Positions 19,702-29,564 of a DNA stretch of 43,347 nt are shown one piece after another (the stretch's first letter is position 1; the number at the start of each line of letters is the position of its first letter). The DNA comes from an uncultured Bacilli bacterium. GTDB taxonomy: Bacteria; Bacillota_I; Bacilli_A; RF39; UBA660. The translations under genes and the position numbers were made by a program. The stretch lies in contig CANNTX010000002.1 of assembly GCA_947522695.1 (NCBI GenBank), positions 1 to 43,347 of the forward strand, written 5' to 3'. Below the pieces are notes generated by a model that saw nothing but the letters and a program-made list of their open reading frames with translations, was not told where the DNA came from and ran no database searches.

Positions 19702-20313
19702 GTGGAAGTATATTCATATGAAGGAAAAAAAGAAAATGAGGTATTTGCAAAAGCCTTATCAGATTTAAATGTAACAGAAGATGAAATTTTATATCATAAA
19801 CAAATTAACAAAGGTGGTTTCTTAAAAAGCGATACAGTTAAATTTACAATCGTAAAACTAACTGAAGTTCAAAACGCTATCAAAGAATTCCTACAAGAAA
19901 CAATTAACAACATGGGATTAGAAGTTAAATTTGAAAGTAATATTAGAGAAAAACAAATTAATATAAAAATGTTTTCTGACAATAATTCAATATTAATTGG
20001 AAAAGATGGTAAAAACCTAACTGCCTTAGCAACAATTTGTAAACAATACGTATATAATCAAATAGGAGTTTATCCTTATTTAAATCTTGATGTTGAAAAT
20101 TACAAAGATAAACAAATAACTCACATTGAAAGATTAGCTAAAAATTTAGCTAGAGAAGTTAAAAATACTAAACAAGAGATAGTAATGGAAAATATGAATT
20201 CATATGAAAGAAGAATTGTTCATAATTGCTTAACAAATATGAAAGGAATTACTACAATTTCCGAAGGTGAAGAACCTAATAGACACGTTATTATCAAACC
20301 AACAGAGGATTAA
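19702..20313 (+). CDS. jag: Jag/KhpB RNA-binding protein (KH + R3H)
   Basis: R3H motif SYERRIVHNCL and a KH-like GKDGKNLTAL. GTG start. Confidence 0.88.
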   Translation: MEVYSYEGKKENEVFAKALSDLNVTEDEILYHKQINKGGFLKSDTVKFTIVKLTEVQNAIKEFLQETINNMGLEVKFESNIREKQINIKMFSDNNSILIGKDGKNLTALATICKQYVYNQIGVYPYLNLDVENYKDKQITHIERLAKNLAREVKNTKQEIVMENMNSYERRIVHNCLTNMKGITTISEGEEPNRHVIIKPTED

Positions 20314-20328
20314 TTTAATCCTTTTTTT
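20307..20328 (+). terminator. Terminator hairpin ggattaatttaatcc plus T7 (copy 1)
   Basis: 6-bp stem GGATTA/TAATCC overlapping the jag stop codon. An identical 22-mer recurs at 21085..21106. Confidence 0.6.
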
Positions 20329-20372
20329 CTTACTTAAAAATGATATAATAAACTAAGAGAGAAGGATTAATT

Positions 20373-21065
20373 ATGAAATTAATTTTAAAACCAATCACTT
20401 TAAAAGAAGATACCTTAAATGAAATTAATAGAGGTAATTATGATGTAACCAATTTTATATCATCAATTAAAGAATATCTATCAAAATCAAATGACCTACT
20501 TTATACCAAAATAGAAAGTCTAAACGAATATGAACTATATCAAAACTTACAACCAATTTATAATATTAAACTAAATACAAATGATTATTTAAAAGCCTTA
20601 TCAAAAAAATATAACAAACATTATACCAATTTTATAACTATCAAAGTTAATGATGATAATTATTTTGCATTATCAACTAGCAAATATGCCTATTTAGATG
20701 AAAGTACTATTGATTTAAATAAATTTAGAAATTTAACAAATAGAGAAGAATTAATCATATTAAATAAAGAATTAATAAGCAACGAATATCTTGACGAAAC
20801 AAATTGCTTATTTCCATATTTTCTCGAAATATTAAAAAAAGAACTTTTAGTTAAAAACATCTTATTCGATCTAAAATGGTATACAAAAGAAGTAATGCAT
20901 CAAGCAAGGACAGTTACAGACTTAGCAAATAATGAAACAAATCCCGAATTAGCCGAAATAGGTAAGATGTATAAAGATGCACTAGCTAATTGTTATAACG
21001 AAGGAACAATTTCCAAAACAAAAAAAATATCAGTTCCAAAACATCGAAAAAATAAAAGGAATTAA
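20373..21065 (+). CDS. Hypothetical protein (230 aa, basic C-terminal tail), orphan insertion between jag and mnmE
   Basis: Long ORF with SD GAGAGAAGGA and codon usage like its neighbours. No family recognised. Confidence 0.6.
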   Translation: MKLILKPITLKEDTLNEINRGNYDVTNFISSIKEYLSKSNDLLYTKIESLNEYELYQNLQPIYNIKLNTNDYLKALSKKYNKHYTNFITIKVNDDNYFALSTSKYAYLDESTIDLNKFRNLTNREELIILNKELISNEYLDETNCLFPYFLEILKKELLVKNILFDLKWYTKEVMHQARTVTDLANNETNPELAEIGKMYKDALANCYNEGTISKTKKISVPKHRKNKRN

Positions 21066-21084
21066 TATAAATCATCAAAAACAT

Positions 21085-21106
21085 GGATTAATTTAATCCT
21101 TTTTTT
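21085..21106 (+). terminator. Terminator hairpin ggattaatttaatcc plus T7 (copy 2)
   Basis: Exact duplicate of 20307..20328. Confidence 0.6.
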
Positions 21107-21154
21107 AATTATTCAAGTGTGATATAATACGCACGAAAGAAAGAGAGTGATACC

Positions 21155-22507
21155 ATGAATTCAACTATATGTGCAATATCTACAAGTTTAGGTGTAGGAG
21201 CCATTTCTATAATAAGAGTTAGTGGCCCAAATGCCATAAAAATAGTTAATAATTTATTTGATGGAAAAGATCTTACCAAAGTTTCAACCCATACAATTCA
21301 CTATGGACATATTGTATCTAATAAAGAAATAATAGATGAAGTGTTAGTTTCAGTTATGCTAGCTCCAAAAACATTTACCATGGAAGATATAGTTGAAATA
21401 AATTCTCATGGAGGTCCTGCTACAACCAATAAAATTTTAGAATTACTTCTATTAAATGGCTGCACCCAAGCTGAGCCGGGTGAGTTTACCAAAAGAGCCT
21501 TTTTAAATGGTAGAATAGACCTAGTTGAAGCAGAATCAATCAGTGATTTAATCTCATCTCAAACCGAAAAATCACGTAAACTTGCTATTAACGGAGTAAC
21601 AAAAAATTTATCTAACAAAATAAATGATATTCGTAAAGACATAATGGATATCCAAGCAAATATTGAAGTTAACATCGATTATCCAGAATACGAAGAAGGA
21701 GAAAAATATACTAAAGAATCATTAAAACCATTAATAGATAAAGTATATTCAAAAATAAATGAGTTATTATCAAATTCCAAAAATGGTAAAATAATCAAAG
21801 ATGGTATCTCAGTAGCGTTAGTAGGTAAACCAAACGTAGGAAAAAGTAGTATATTAAACGCATTATTAGAAGAAGAAAAAGCAATAGTTACAAATATTCC
21901 AGGAACAACAAGAGATATAGTAGAAGGTAAAATAAATTTAGACGGAATAATGTTAAACATCATCGATACTGCTGGAATCAGAAAAACTAACGATATCGTC
22001 GAGCAAATAGGCGTCGAAAAGAGTTTAAAAATGATAGATGAAGCCGATTTAATAATCTATGTTCTAAATAATAATGAAGAACTAACTAGTGAAGATTTAG
22101 AAACAATTAAAGAATTACAATCAAAACAATCCATCATCTTTATCAATAAAAACGATTTAGATAATAAACTAGATTTAAAGAGATTATCTAACTATAATAT
22201 AATAACAGGTAATACCTTAAATTATGAAGGTTTAACAAATTTAAAAAATGAAATAAAGAGATTATTTAATCTTAATGAAATTGAACAAGAAGATTATACA
22301 TATCTTTCAAATGCAAGACAAATCGCATTAATAACTAAAGCCAAAGATATGATAGAAAATATATATAACAATTTTGAGAATGTTCCTATTGATATGTTCA
22401 CAATTGATTTAAAAAATACCTATGAAACATTAGGTGAAATAATAGGTGCAACATATAAAGATGACTTATTAGATGAATTATTCTCAAAGTTTTGTTTAGG
22501 AAAGTAA
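21155..22507 (+). CDS. mnmE: tRNA modification GTPase MnmE
   Basis: G1 GKPNVGKSS, G3 DTAGIR, NKND and the C-terminal CLGK tetrapeptide. Confidence 0.95.
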   Translation: MNSTICAISTSLGVGAISIIRVSGPNAIKIVNNLFDGKDLTKVSTHTIHYGHIVSNKEIIDEVLVSVMLAPKTFTMEDIVEINSHGGPATTNKILELLLLNGCTQAEPGEFTKRAFLNGRIDLVEAESISDLISSQTEKSRKLAINGVTKNLSNKINDIRKDIMDIQANIEVNIDYPEYEEGEKYTKESLKPLIDKVYSKINELLSNSKNGKIIKDGISVALVGKPNVGKSSILNALLEEEKAIVTNIPGTTRDIVEGKINLDGIMLNIIDTAGIRKTNDIVEQIGVEKSLKMIDEADLIIYVLNNNEELTSEDLETIKELQSKQSIIFINKNDLDNKLDLKRLSNYNIITGNTLNYEGLTNLKNEIKRLFNLNEIEQEDYTYLSNARQIALITKAKDMIENIYNNFENVPIDMFTIDLKNTYETLGEIIGATYKDDLLDELFSKFCLGK

Positions 22508-22516
22508 GGAATAAAA

Positions 22517-24376
22517 ATGAAATATGATGTAATAGTTGTCGGTGGTGGTCATGCTGGATGTGAAGCAGCCAATGCTTCAGCCAAAATGGGTCTAAAAACC
22601 GCATTAGTTACTGCAAATATAAAAAATATAGCCGATATGCCATGCAATCCATCAATAGGTGGAACAGCTAAAGGTATAGTGGTTCGTGAAATAGATGCCT
22701 TAGGTGGATTAATGGGTAAAATTGCAGATAAAACCCATATTCAAATCAAAATGCTTAATAATGCTAAAGGTCCAGCAGTAAGATCACTTCGTGCCCAAGG
22801 TGATAAAATAACATACCCAAGAGAAATGTTAAAAGCGCTAAACTCACTTGAAAATTTAACCATAATTGAAGGAATGGTAGAAAATTTAATTGTTGAAAAT
22901 AATACCATTAAAGGAATAATATTAGCAGATAATACGGAAATATTATGTGATGCCTTAATTTTAACAACAGGAACATATCTAAGAAGCAAAATATTAGTAG
23001 GAAGTACTAGTAAAGAAGAAGGACCACATGGTGAAAAACGATCTAACAATTTAAGCAATGTTTTAAAATCTTATGGTTTTGAAATTCAAAGATTAAAAAC
23101 AGGTACACCCCAAAGATTAGATCGCTCAACAATCGATTTTAGTAAATTAAAAGAAGAATGTGGCGATGACTGTTATTGGACATTCAGTTTTGATAACGGT
23201 CCATTATATGATAAAGATAAACAAATCAAATGTCACATAGTTTATACAACTCCCGAAACTCATGAAATAATTAGAAAGAATTTAAAAAAATCCGCTATGT
23301 ATGGTGGATATGCCGAAGGAATAGGCCCAAGATATTGTCCATCAATTGAAGATAAAGTAGTCCGTTTTGCCGATAAAGAAAGACATCAATTGTTCTTAGA
23401 ACCAGAAAGTCTTTACTATGATGATATTTACTTACAAGGATTTTCAACAAGTATGCCAGAAGACGTTCAAGAATTAATGGTTCATAGTCTTCCCGGATTA
23501 GAACATGCTAAAATATTAAAATATGCTTATGCTATCGAATATGATGCTATAAACCCATTACAATTAAAGTCATCACTAGAAACAAAAGTAATTAATAATT
23601 TATTTACTGCCGGACAAATTAATGGTACAAGTGGATATGAAGAAGCAGCCGGTCAAGGTATAATTGCTGGTATAAATGCTGGACTTAAATTACAAGGAAA
23701 AGATCCATTAATCTTAAAAAGAAATGAATCATATATCGGAGTTTTAATTGACGACTTAGTAACTAAAGGAACCAAAGAACCATATCGTTTATTAACATCA
23801 CGTGCTGAATATCGTTTATTACTTAGACATGATAACGCTGATATTAGATTAAGAAACTATGGTTATCAAGTAGGTTTAATATCTGAAGACCAACATAATC
23901 GTTTACTAAAAAAACTATCTGATATTCAAAAATTATTAAATTATTTAAAAGAAACTCGTATTACTCCAAGTACAATTCCTGCATCATTAAAAGAAATAGT
24001 TACTTTAAATAGTGGAGTAAGTCTATACGAATTATTAAAACGTCCTGAAATTACATTAGATTTATTAATTGAAAATAATTTAGTTCCAAATGATTACAGT
24101 GATGAAGTAAAAGAACAAGTCACATTTGCCGTTAAATATGAAGGATATATCGCAAAAGAAGAGCAAGAAGCAGAGAAGTTATTAAAACTTGAAGAAAAAG
24201 AAATACCAGAAGATATTGATTATGATAAAGTAAAGAATCTTGCCAGTGAAGCACGCAGTAAATTAAAACAAGTTCATCCTAGAACAATTGCTCAAGCATC
24301 AAGAATAAGTGGTGTTAACCCAGTAGATATATCTGTTCTTTCAATCTATTTAAAAAAGGAATATCCTCATGAATAA
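22517..24376 (+). CDS. mnmG: tRNA uridine 5-carboxymethylaminomethyl modification enzyme MnmG
   Basis: FAD motif VIVVGGGHAGCEA, GPRYCPSIEDK and QINGTSGYEEAA. Confidence 0.96.
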   Translation: MKYDVIVVGGGHAGCEAANASAKMGLKTALVTANIKNIADMPCNPSIGGTAKGIVVREIDALGGLMGKIADKTHIQIKMLNNAKGPAVRSLRAQGDKITYPREMLKALNSLENLTIIEGMVENLIVENNTIKGIILADNTEILCDALILTTGTYLRSKILVGSTSKEEGPHGEKRSNNLSNVLKSYGFEIQRLKTGTPQRLDRSTIDFSKLKEECGDDCYWTFSFDNGPLYDKDKQIKCHIVYTTPETHEIIRKNLKKSAMYGGYAEGIGPRYCPSIEDKVVRFADKERHQLFLEPESLYYDDIYLQGFSTSMPEDVQELMVHSLPGLEHAKILKYAYAIEYDAINPLQLKSSLETKVINNLFTAGQINGTSGYEEAAGQGIIAGINAGLKLQGKDPLILKRNESYIGVLIDDLVTKGTKEPYRLLTSRAEYRLLLRHDNADIRLRNYGYQVGLISEDQHNRLLKKLSDIQKLLNYLKETRITPSTIPASLKEIVTLNSGVSLYELLKRPEITLDLLIENNLVPNDYSDEVKEQVTFAVKYEGYIAKEEQEAEKLLKLEEKEIPEDIDYDKVKNLASEARSKLKQVHPRTIAQASRISGVNPVDISVLSIYLKKEYPHE

Positions 24377-25073
24377 AGAAGAATTTAAAAGTGAATTATC
24401 AAAACTAGGAATAAACTTAACAAACGATCAATTAGAATCCCTAGAAAAATATGCTAACATTTTAATTGAATATAACAAACATACCAATATAACCGCTATT
24501 ACCGATAAAGAAAGTATTTATTTAAAACACTTTTATGATTCACTAACCTTAACTAAAATAACCAATTTAACTAAAGATTTATCAGTTCTAGATGTTGGAT
24601 CAGGTGGCGGTTTTCCCGGAATTGTTATAAAAATAGTTTATCCTAATTTAAATTTAACTTTATTAGATAGCAATAATAAAAAAAGTGAATTTCAAAGATA
24701 TGTTATTAACGAATTAAAATTAACAGATATAAATGTAATAAATGAACGTGCTGAAAATTACTTTAAAAAAGGCAATAAATACGATCTAGTTGTCGCAAGA
24801 GCAGTATCAAATATGCCAGTTTTAGATGAATTATGTATACCATTTCTAAAAATAGGTGGTAATCTAGTATTAATGAAAGCAGATGCTAGTACTGAACTAG
24901 AAAATAGTAAGTCAAGCATTAAAATATTAGGTGGAGAAATTGTTGATATTCAAAAATTTAATTTACCAAAAGAAGAATCTTTAAGAACGTTAATTAAAAT
25001 AACAAAAGTAAATGAAACACCATCTATTTATCCCAGAAATTATGATAAAATAATAAAAAAACCTCTGAAATAA
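24369..25073 (+). CDS. rsmG: 16S rRNA (guanine527-N7)-methyltransferase RsmG
   Basis: DVGSGGGFPG SAM motif; mnmG-rsmG synteny. Confidence 0.93.
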   Translation: MNKEEFKSELSKLGINLTNDQLESLEKYANILIEYNKHTNITAITDKESIYLKHFYDSLTLTKITNLTKDLSVLDVGSGGGFPGIVIKIVYPNLNLTLLDSNNKKSEFQRYVINELKLTDINVINERAENYFKKGNKYDLVVARAVSNMPVLDELCIPFLKIGGNLVLMKADASTELENSKSSIKILGGEIVDIQKFNLPKEESLRTLIKITKVNETPSIYPRNYDKIIKKPLK

Positions 25074-25075
25074 AA

Positions 25076-25110
25076 AAGCAAAAGTATTATTATAATGCCT
25101 TTGCTTTTTT
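25076..25110 (+). terminator. Rho-independent terminator after rsmG
   Basis: Stem aagcaaaag/cctttgctt followed by a T-run. Confidence 0.6.
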
Positions 25111-25173
25111 CTTTATCATAAATGATTTTTTACTACCTTTTTACATCAATAACTAAAAACTAAATTTTTTCCA

Positions 25174-25202
25174 TTGAAATAAATACCAAAATAAAGTAAA
25201 AT
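25174..25202 (+). promoter_or_regulatory. Promoter of the Noc-like gene
   Basis: TTGAAA, 17-nt spacer, TAAAAT. Confidence 0.45.
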
Positions 25203-25228
25203 TAATTTTAGAATAGGAAGGGTATTTT

Positions 25229-26467
25229 ATGGAAAATGCGATTTTAAATGTAAATATCGATTTAATAATGCCAAATCGTTTTCAACCACGTCTTGTTTTC
25301 GATGAAAAAGCTTTAAATGAACTTGCTGATTCCATTAAAGAACATGGAATTATTGAGCCAATTATCGTAAGACCATTAAATGATAAATATGAAATTATTG
25401 CTGGTGAAAGACGTTATAAAGCAGCATGTATTGCTGGCTTAACTAAAGTACCCGTTATTGTTAAACATTTAAGTGATTATAAAAGTGCTCAAGTAGCAGT
25501 TATTGAAAATGTTCAAAGAAGAAATTTAAATCCTATTGAAGAGGCAAAATCTTATAAGAGAATATTAGATCATGGTTTAAAAACACAAGAAGAATTAGCT
25601 AAAGAAATAGGAGTATCTCAAAGTACAATTGCTAATAAGCTAAGACTACTTAGTCTTGCTGAACCAGTTAAACAAGCTTTAAGTGAAAATAAAATAAGTG
25701 AGCGTCATGCAAGAGCCCTACTTAAAATAACTTCCCTTGATAAACAAGAAGAACTATTAAATAAGGTTATCACTGAAAGATTAACAGTAAAAGATTTAGA
25801 TGATGAAATTAAAAAACTTGATACTTCTACAACTCCAAATATAACATTCAAAATGCCAGAAGTACCAAATATTGTTAACACATTAAATTTATTTGATGAA
25901 AAAATATCTGAAGAGCAAGTAGCATCTTCAAAACCCGAATTTGTTACCCCAGCTGTAGAACCAAAAGAGGAGCCATCAATAACTGAACCTAAAATAGAAA
26001 CAGTTCCAAAAGAAGAAACTATTGAAGTAAGTCCAGTTCCTGAAATTAAGGAAGTTCAAGAAAGTCAAGGTATACAAGCACCACCAGAACCTCAACCCGA
26101 TAATGGTACAAATATATTTGATATACCAACAATAGGAAAAGAACCAAAACCGGATTATCCATCCTTAGAAGATTTACAAACAAATATGGATTTAGGTGTA
26201 GAAAGTGATATTTTAGTACCAGAACAACCAGAAGAACCAATTGTTGAAGAAAAAGAAGAGCCAAAATTAGAAGTAACAGAACCAATCGTTGTACCTGAAA
26301 CACCAGTTGAACCACCTAAGCCAAGAATTGTACCAAACGATTTAAATAGTGTTAAAACTGCAATATCTGATTTAAATAAAGAAATTAAAGATGCTGGTTT
26401 CAACATTGAATTCGAAGATTATGATTTTTCTGATTTATATCAAGCAATAATTAAAATAAATAAATGA
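25229..26467 (+). CDS. noc: ParB-family CTP-switch DNA-binding protein, Noc-like, with long Pro/Glu-rich insertion
   Basis: PNRFQPR and GERRYKAA (ParB N-domain). The HTH QSTIANKLRLL...ISERHARAL is like B. subtilis Noc rather than Spo0J (RPHIANHLRLL...GHGRTL, recalled). The C-terminus FNIEFEDYDFSDLYQAIIKINK resembles the Noc tail. It sits directly after rsmG. An in-frame TAG 5 codons upstream rules out a longer N-terminus. Confidence 0.75.
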   Translation: MENAILNVNIDLIMPNRFQPRLVFDEKALNELADSIKEHGIIEPIIVRPLNDKYEIIAGERRYKAACIAGLTKVPVIVKHLSDYKSAQVAVIENVQRRNLNPIEEAKSYKRILDHGLKTQEELAKEIGVSQSTIANKLRLLSLAEPVKQALSENKISERHARALLKITSLDKQEELLNKVITERLTVKDLDDEIKKLDTSTTPNITFKMPEVPNIVNTLNLFDEKISEEQVASSKPEFVTPAVEPKEEPSITEPKIETVPKEETIEVSPVPEIKEVQESQGIQAPPEPQPDNGTNIFDIPTIGKEPKPDYPSLEDLQTNMDLGVESDILVPEQPEEPIVEEKEEPKLEVTEPIVVPETPVEPPKPRIVPNDLNSVKTAISDLNKEIKDAGFNIEFEDYDFSDLYQAIIKINK

Positions 26468-26493
26468 CCTATGATTAAATTTCATAAGTCATT
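26463..26493. terminator. Bidirectional hairpin terminator between the convergent noc-like and PBP genes
   Basis: 12-bp arms aatgacctatga/tcataagtcatt with one mismatch. A-run and T-run flanks. Confidence 0.55.
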
Positions 26494-26494
26494 T

Positions 26495-28414
26495 TTAATT
26501 TTCCGTACCCTTTTTATAATAATAAATTACCGTATTTTTACTACTTTTAGGAGTTTCACCAGACACCGCATCTAGTGGAATACCTATAATATTATCAGAT
26601 GGTTCATACCAACTATCTTCCTTATTCTTAAGATATTCTTCAATCGTATCACACCAAATATTTTTAATTTTTTTACTATAAACCGAATTAACACTCTTAT
26701 TCATGTCATTACCAGCCCAAACCATCATTAATGCATCCGGATTATATCCAACAATCCAATAATCATTTTCCGTAGTACCACTCTTAATTGCATATTTTCT
26801 TGAAATCTTACTATTTAAATAAATAATAGTCGGATTTAAATAATCAATAAAAGCCGGATTATAAGTATTTGTTAACATCTCATTAATTATAAACACTGAA
26901 TCCTTATTAAAAACCTCCTTAGAGTTTTCCTTATGTTTATATAAAAGATTTCCATTAACATCCTCAACTCGTTCAATAAAATACGTTTCATTTGTAGTTC
27001 CGTAATTAGCAAGAGTTATATAACTGTTAGCGTAATCAAGCATATTAAGTTCTTGAGAACCAAGCGCAAGTGATGGTACCGGATTTAATTTCTCCTTTAG
27101 GCCAGCCATTTTCATAGTTTTAACTAGCTGTTCTTCACCTAAAAACAAATGTGTCTTAACCGCATAAATATTATCCGAATAGGCAAGAGCCGCCGCCATC
27201 GTTATTTCCTTATTAGCATATAAATTAGAATAATTATTAGGTGTATAAGTTTCCTTATTACCAAATACAAAGCTTACCTTCGAACTATAAAACCTACTAC
27301 TTTCTGTCATATTATTTTCAAGTGCCGAATAATAAAGAAATGGTTTAATAGTAGAACCAACCTGTCTTTTAGATTGAGTAACTCGGTTATATTGACTACT
27401 TGCATAATTTTTTCCACCAGCTAAGGCTAGTACCCCTCCAGTTTTCGGATTAACAAGAATTCCGGCTAATTGCACATCATCCTCATTACTACCATTTTCT
27501 TTAATCGAATCATCTAACTTCTTTTGTGCATTAACATCCAAAGTAGTATAAATTTTAATACCACCTGATTTAATTAAACTTTTAGGAATAGAAGAAATAC
27601 TATTTAACTCCTCATTAACCGCATCACTATAATACATTAAAGTGCTCATATTATTTCTTTCTCTTTTACCATAAATTTCAATTTTATCTTTATACAAATT
27701 ATCATATTCTTCTTTAGTTATATAACCATTTTTAACAAGCAAACTAGCAATAATTTTAGCCCTTTTAATACAATTATCATAATTAGCAATTGGATTATTA
27801 TTTTCTGGACTTCTTGGAATACCTACTAGCATCAAAGCTTCCTCAAGTGTTAAATCACTCGCATTTTTATTAAAATAATACTTACTTGCACTAGCAATCC
27901 CATAATTACCTTGTCCATAATTAATTGTATTTAAATACCCTTCCAATATCTCATCCTTAGAGTATCTAAGTTCTAATTTAATTGTTAAAAATGCCTCATC
28001 AATCTTTCTCTTCCAAGTTTGATTAAAATCCAAATACAAATTCTTAACATATTGCTGGGAAATAGTAGATGCCCCTTCTACAATTGTTCCACTTTTAATA
28101 TTATTAAACATTGCCTTACCAATTCTTAAATAATCAAATCCACTATGATCATAAAAACTCTTATCCTCACTAATAATAGTCGCATTAGTTACATATTCTG
28201 AAATATCCTTAAGAGCCACCCAATCATTATTGTTATTACTTTCAAACACTAATTCTTCCTTATTATCATATAAATAAATCCTATTTGCTGAATTAAGAAC
28301 AATCTTCGGACTTATATAAGCATATAAATAAATCCCCCATATACCAACAACAAAGGATATCCACAAAAAAAGAAATATTCTATATAAATTATACATTCTT
28401 TTCATAATCATCAT
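26495..28414 (-). CDS. Class A penicillin-binding protein (glycosyltransferase GT51 + transpeptidase)
   Basis: EDKSFYDHSGFD, GASTISQQ, RKIDEA (GT51), then STIKP, SDN and KSGTT transpeptidase motifs. N-terminal TM anchor. Confidence 0.9.
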   Translation of the reverse strand: MMIMKRMYNLYRIFLFLWISFVVGIWGIYLYAYISPKIVLNSANRIYLYDNKEELVFESNNNNDWVALKDISEYVTNATIISEDKSFYDHSGFDYLRIGKAMFNNIKSGTIVEGASTISQQYVKNLYLDFNQTWKRKIDEAFLTIKLELRYSKDEILEGYLNTINYGQGNYGIASASKYYFNKNASDLTLEEALMLVGIPRSPENNNPIANYDNCIKRAKIIASLLVKNGYITKEEYDNLYKDKIEIYGKRERNNMSTLMYYSDAVNEELNSISSIPKSLIKSGGIKIYTTLDVNAQKKLDDSIKENGSNEDDVQLAGILVNPKTGGVLALAGGKNYASSQYNRVTQSKRQVGSTIKPFLYYSALENNMTESSRFYSSKVSFVFGNKETYTPNNYSNLYANKEITMAAALAYSDNIYAVKTHLFLGEEQLVKTMKMAGLKEKLNPVPSLALGSQELNMLDYANSYITLANYGTTNETYFIERVEDVNGNLLYKHKENSKEVFNKDSVFIINEMLTNTYNPAFIDYLNPTIIYLNSKISRKYAIKSGTTENDYWIVGYNPDALMMVWAGNDMNKSVNSVYSKKIKNIWCDTIEEYLKNKEDSWYEPSDNIIGIPLDAVSGETPKSSKNTVIYYYKKGTEN

Positions 28415-28470
28415 ATTTATTATGGAATTTAACTAAAATATTATGCTAAAATACGTTTAGGTGGTAACTA

Positions 28471-28785
28471 ATGAGTAAAATAAAATTATATAAAAACAAT
28501 TCCCTTGTCTTTGAAAAAGATGGCAACATTAATGATAATATTTTTGAGGTAGAAAATATTAAAGTAGATTTACTAAATCACATCTTATATAGAGAAGATG
28601 CTAGTTATAAATATACCCTAGATTATAAACAAAACAATGCTAATATAGAGTTAAAAGAACATAACTATAGTTTAAATTTACTATTAGAAACTAAAAGTAT
28701 TTTAAAAAATGATGAATATCTAAGAATAATTTATTCTATTGAAAGTGAAGATAAAATTGATAATATATTAGAAATCTATTTTTAG
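28471..28785 (+). CDS. Hypothetical protein (104 aa; weak resemblance to DUF1934/YwiB-type small beta-barrel proteins)
   Basis: ORF with SD AGGTGG. The family call is tentative and from pattern only. Confidence 0.5.
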   Translation: MSKIKLYKNNSLVFEKDGNINDNIFEVENIKVDLLNHILYREDASYKYTLDYKQNNANIELKEHNYSLNLLLETKSILKNDEYLRIIYSIESEDKIDNILEIYF

Positions 28786-28861
28786 TTTATAAATATTTAA
28801 ATAGTTATATTTCCTTAATATATATGCTAGAGTATACGACAACAAAAGGAGAAAATATAAA

Positions 28862-29482
28862 ATGGATATTAAAATGAATCTTTATGAAGCTAGAAAACTA
28901 TTTAAATTACCAGTTAATTATACATTTGAAGAATTAAAATCATCTTATCGTAAATTAATAATTAAATGGCATCCTGATAAATTTGCAACTTCATTAAAAG
29001 AACAACAGGACTTAGCTGAAAAAATGACCAAACAAATAAATGAAGCAAATGAAATACTTATAGAAGAACTAAATAGTCATAGTTTAACTCAAAATGAAAA
29101 AATTGAACCAGAGGACGCCCTAAAAATTATAAAAAATATATTAAATAAATATTTAGATATTAGAAAAAAAGCATTATCTGATTTTTACTTTAATAATTTT
29201 ACTTTATTTGATGGCTTAGAATCATTTACAAAGAAAGATTTAAAAGCTGAATTATATTTTTTATATTGTCAATTGCCTGATAATTCTAATTTTATAACTA
29301 AAATACTATTAACATGCTCTATCGAAGAAGCAATTAAATTTTATGAACAAATCATTTTAGAAGATTATCTACAAAATATTTTTAAAAAACAAGAAATTAG
29401 ACATTATGCAAATATCTTTATAAAAGAATTAGATAAATATACCAAAAAATATTATAATCAAAACTACAAATCCAAGCATTGA
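28862..29482 (+). CDS. J-domain (DnaJ N-terminal domain) protein with unknown C-terminal region
   Basis: ELKSSYRKLIIKWHPDKF contains the HPD motif. There is no Gly/Phe or zinc-finger region. Confidence 0.7.
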   Translation: MDIKMNLYEARKLFKLPVNYTFEELKSSYRKLIIKWHPDKFATSLKEQQDLAEKMTKQINEANEILIEELNSHSLTQNEKIEPEDALKIIKNILNKYLDIRKKALSDFYFNNFTLFDGLESFTKKDLKAELYFLYCQLPDNSNFITKILLTCSIEEAIKFYEQIILEDYLQNIFKKQEIRHYANIFIKELDKYTKKYYNQNYKSKH

Positions 29483-29512
29483 TACGAATTTATAACACTA
29501 GCAAACAAATGG

Positions 29513-29541
29513 TTGCATTTATTCTTGCGATATGCTATAAT
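29513..29541 (+). promoter_or_regulatory. Near-consensus sigma-A promoter for the 60-aa ORF
   Basis: TTGCAT, 17-nt spacer, TGC-TATAAT (extended -10). Confidence 0.6.
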
Positions 29542-29564
29542 ACTAACCCGTAAGGGGGATTACA

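Noticed and set aside
24608-24630. NBS-like sequence ggttttcccggaattg inside rsmG
   Set aside because: It is only a half-site resemblance (TTTCCCGGAA) with the central symmetry broken by a missing G. It encodes the conserved GGGFPG SAM-binding motif, so its presence is explained by coding constraint.
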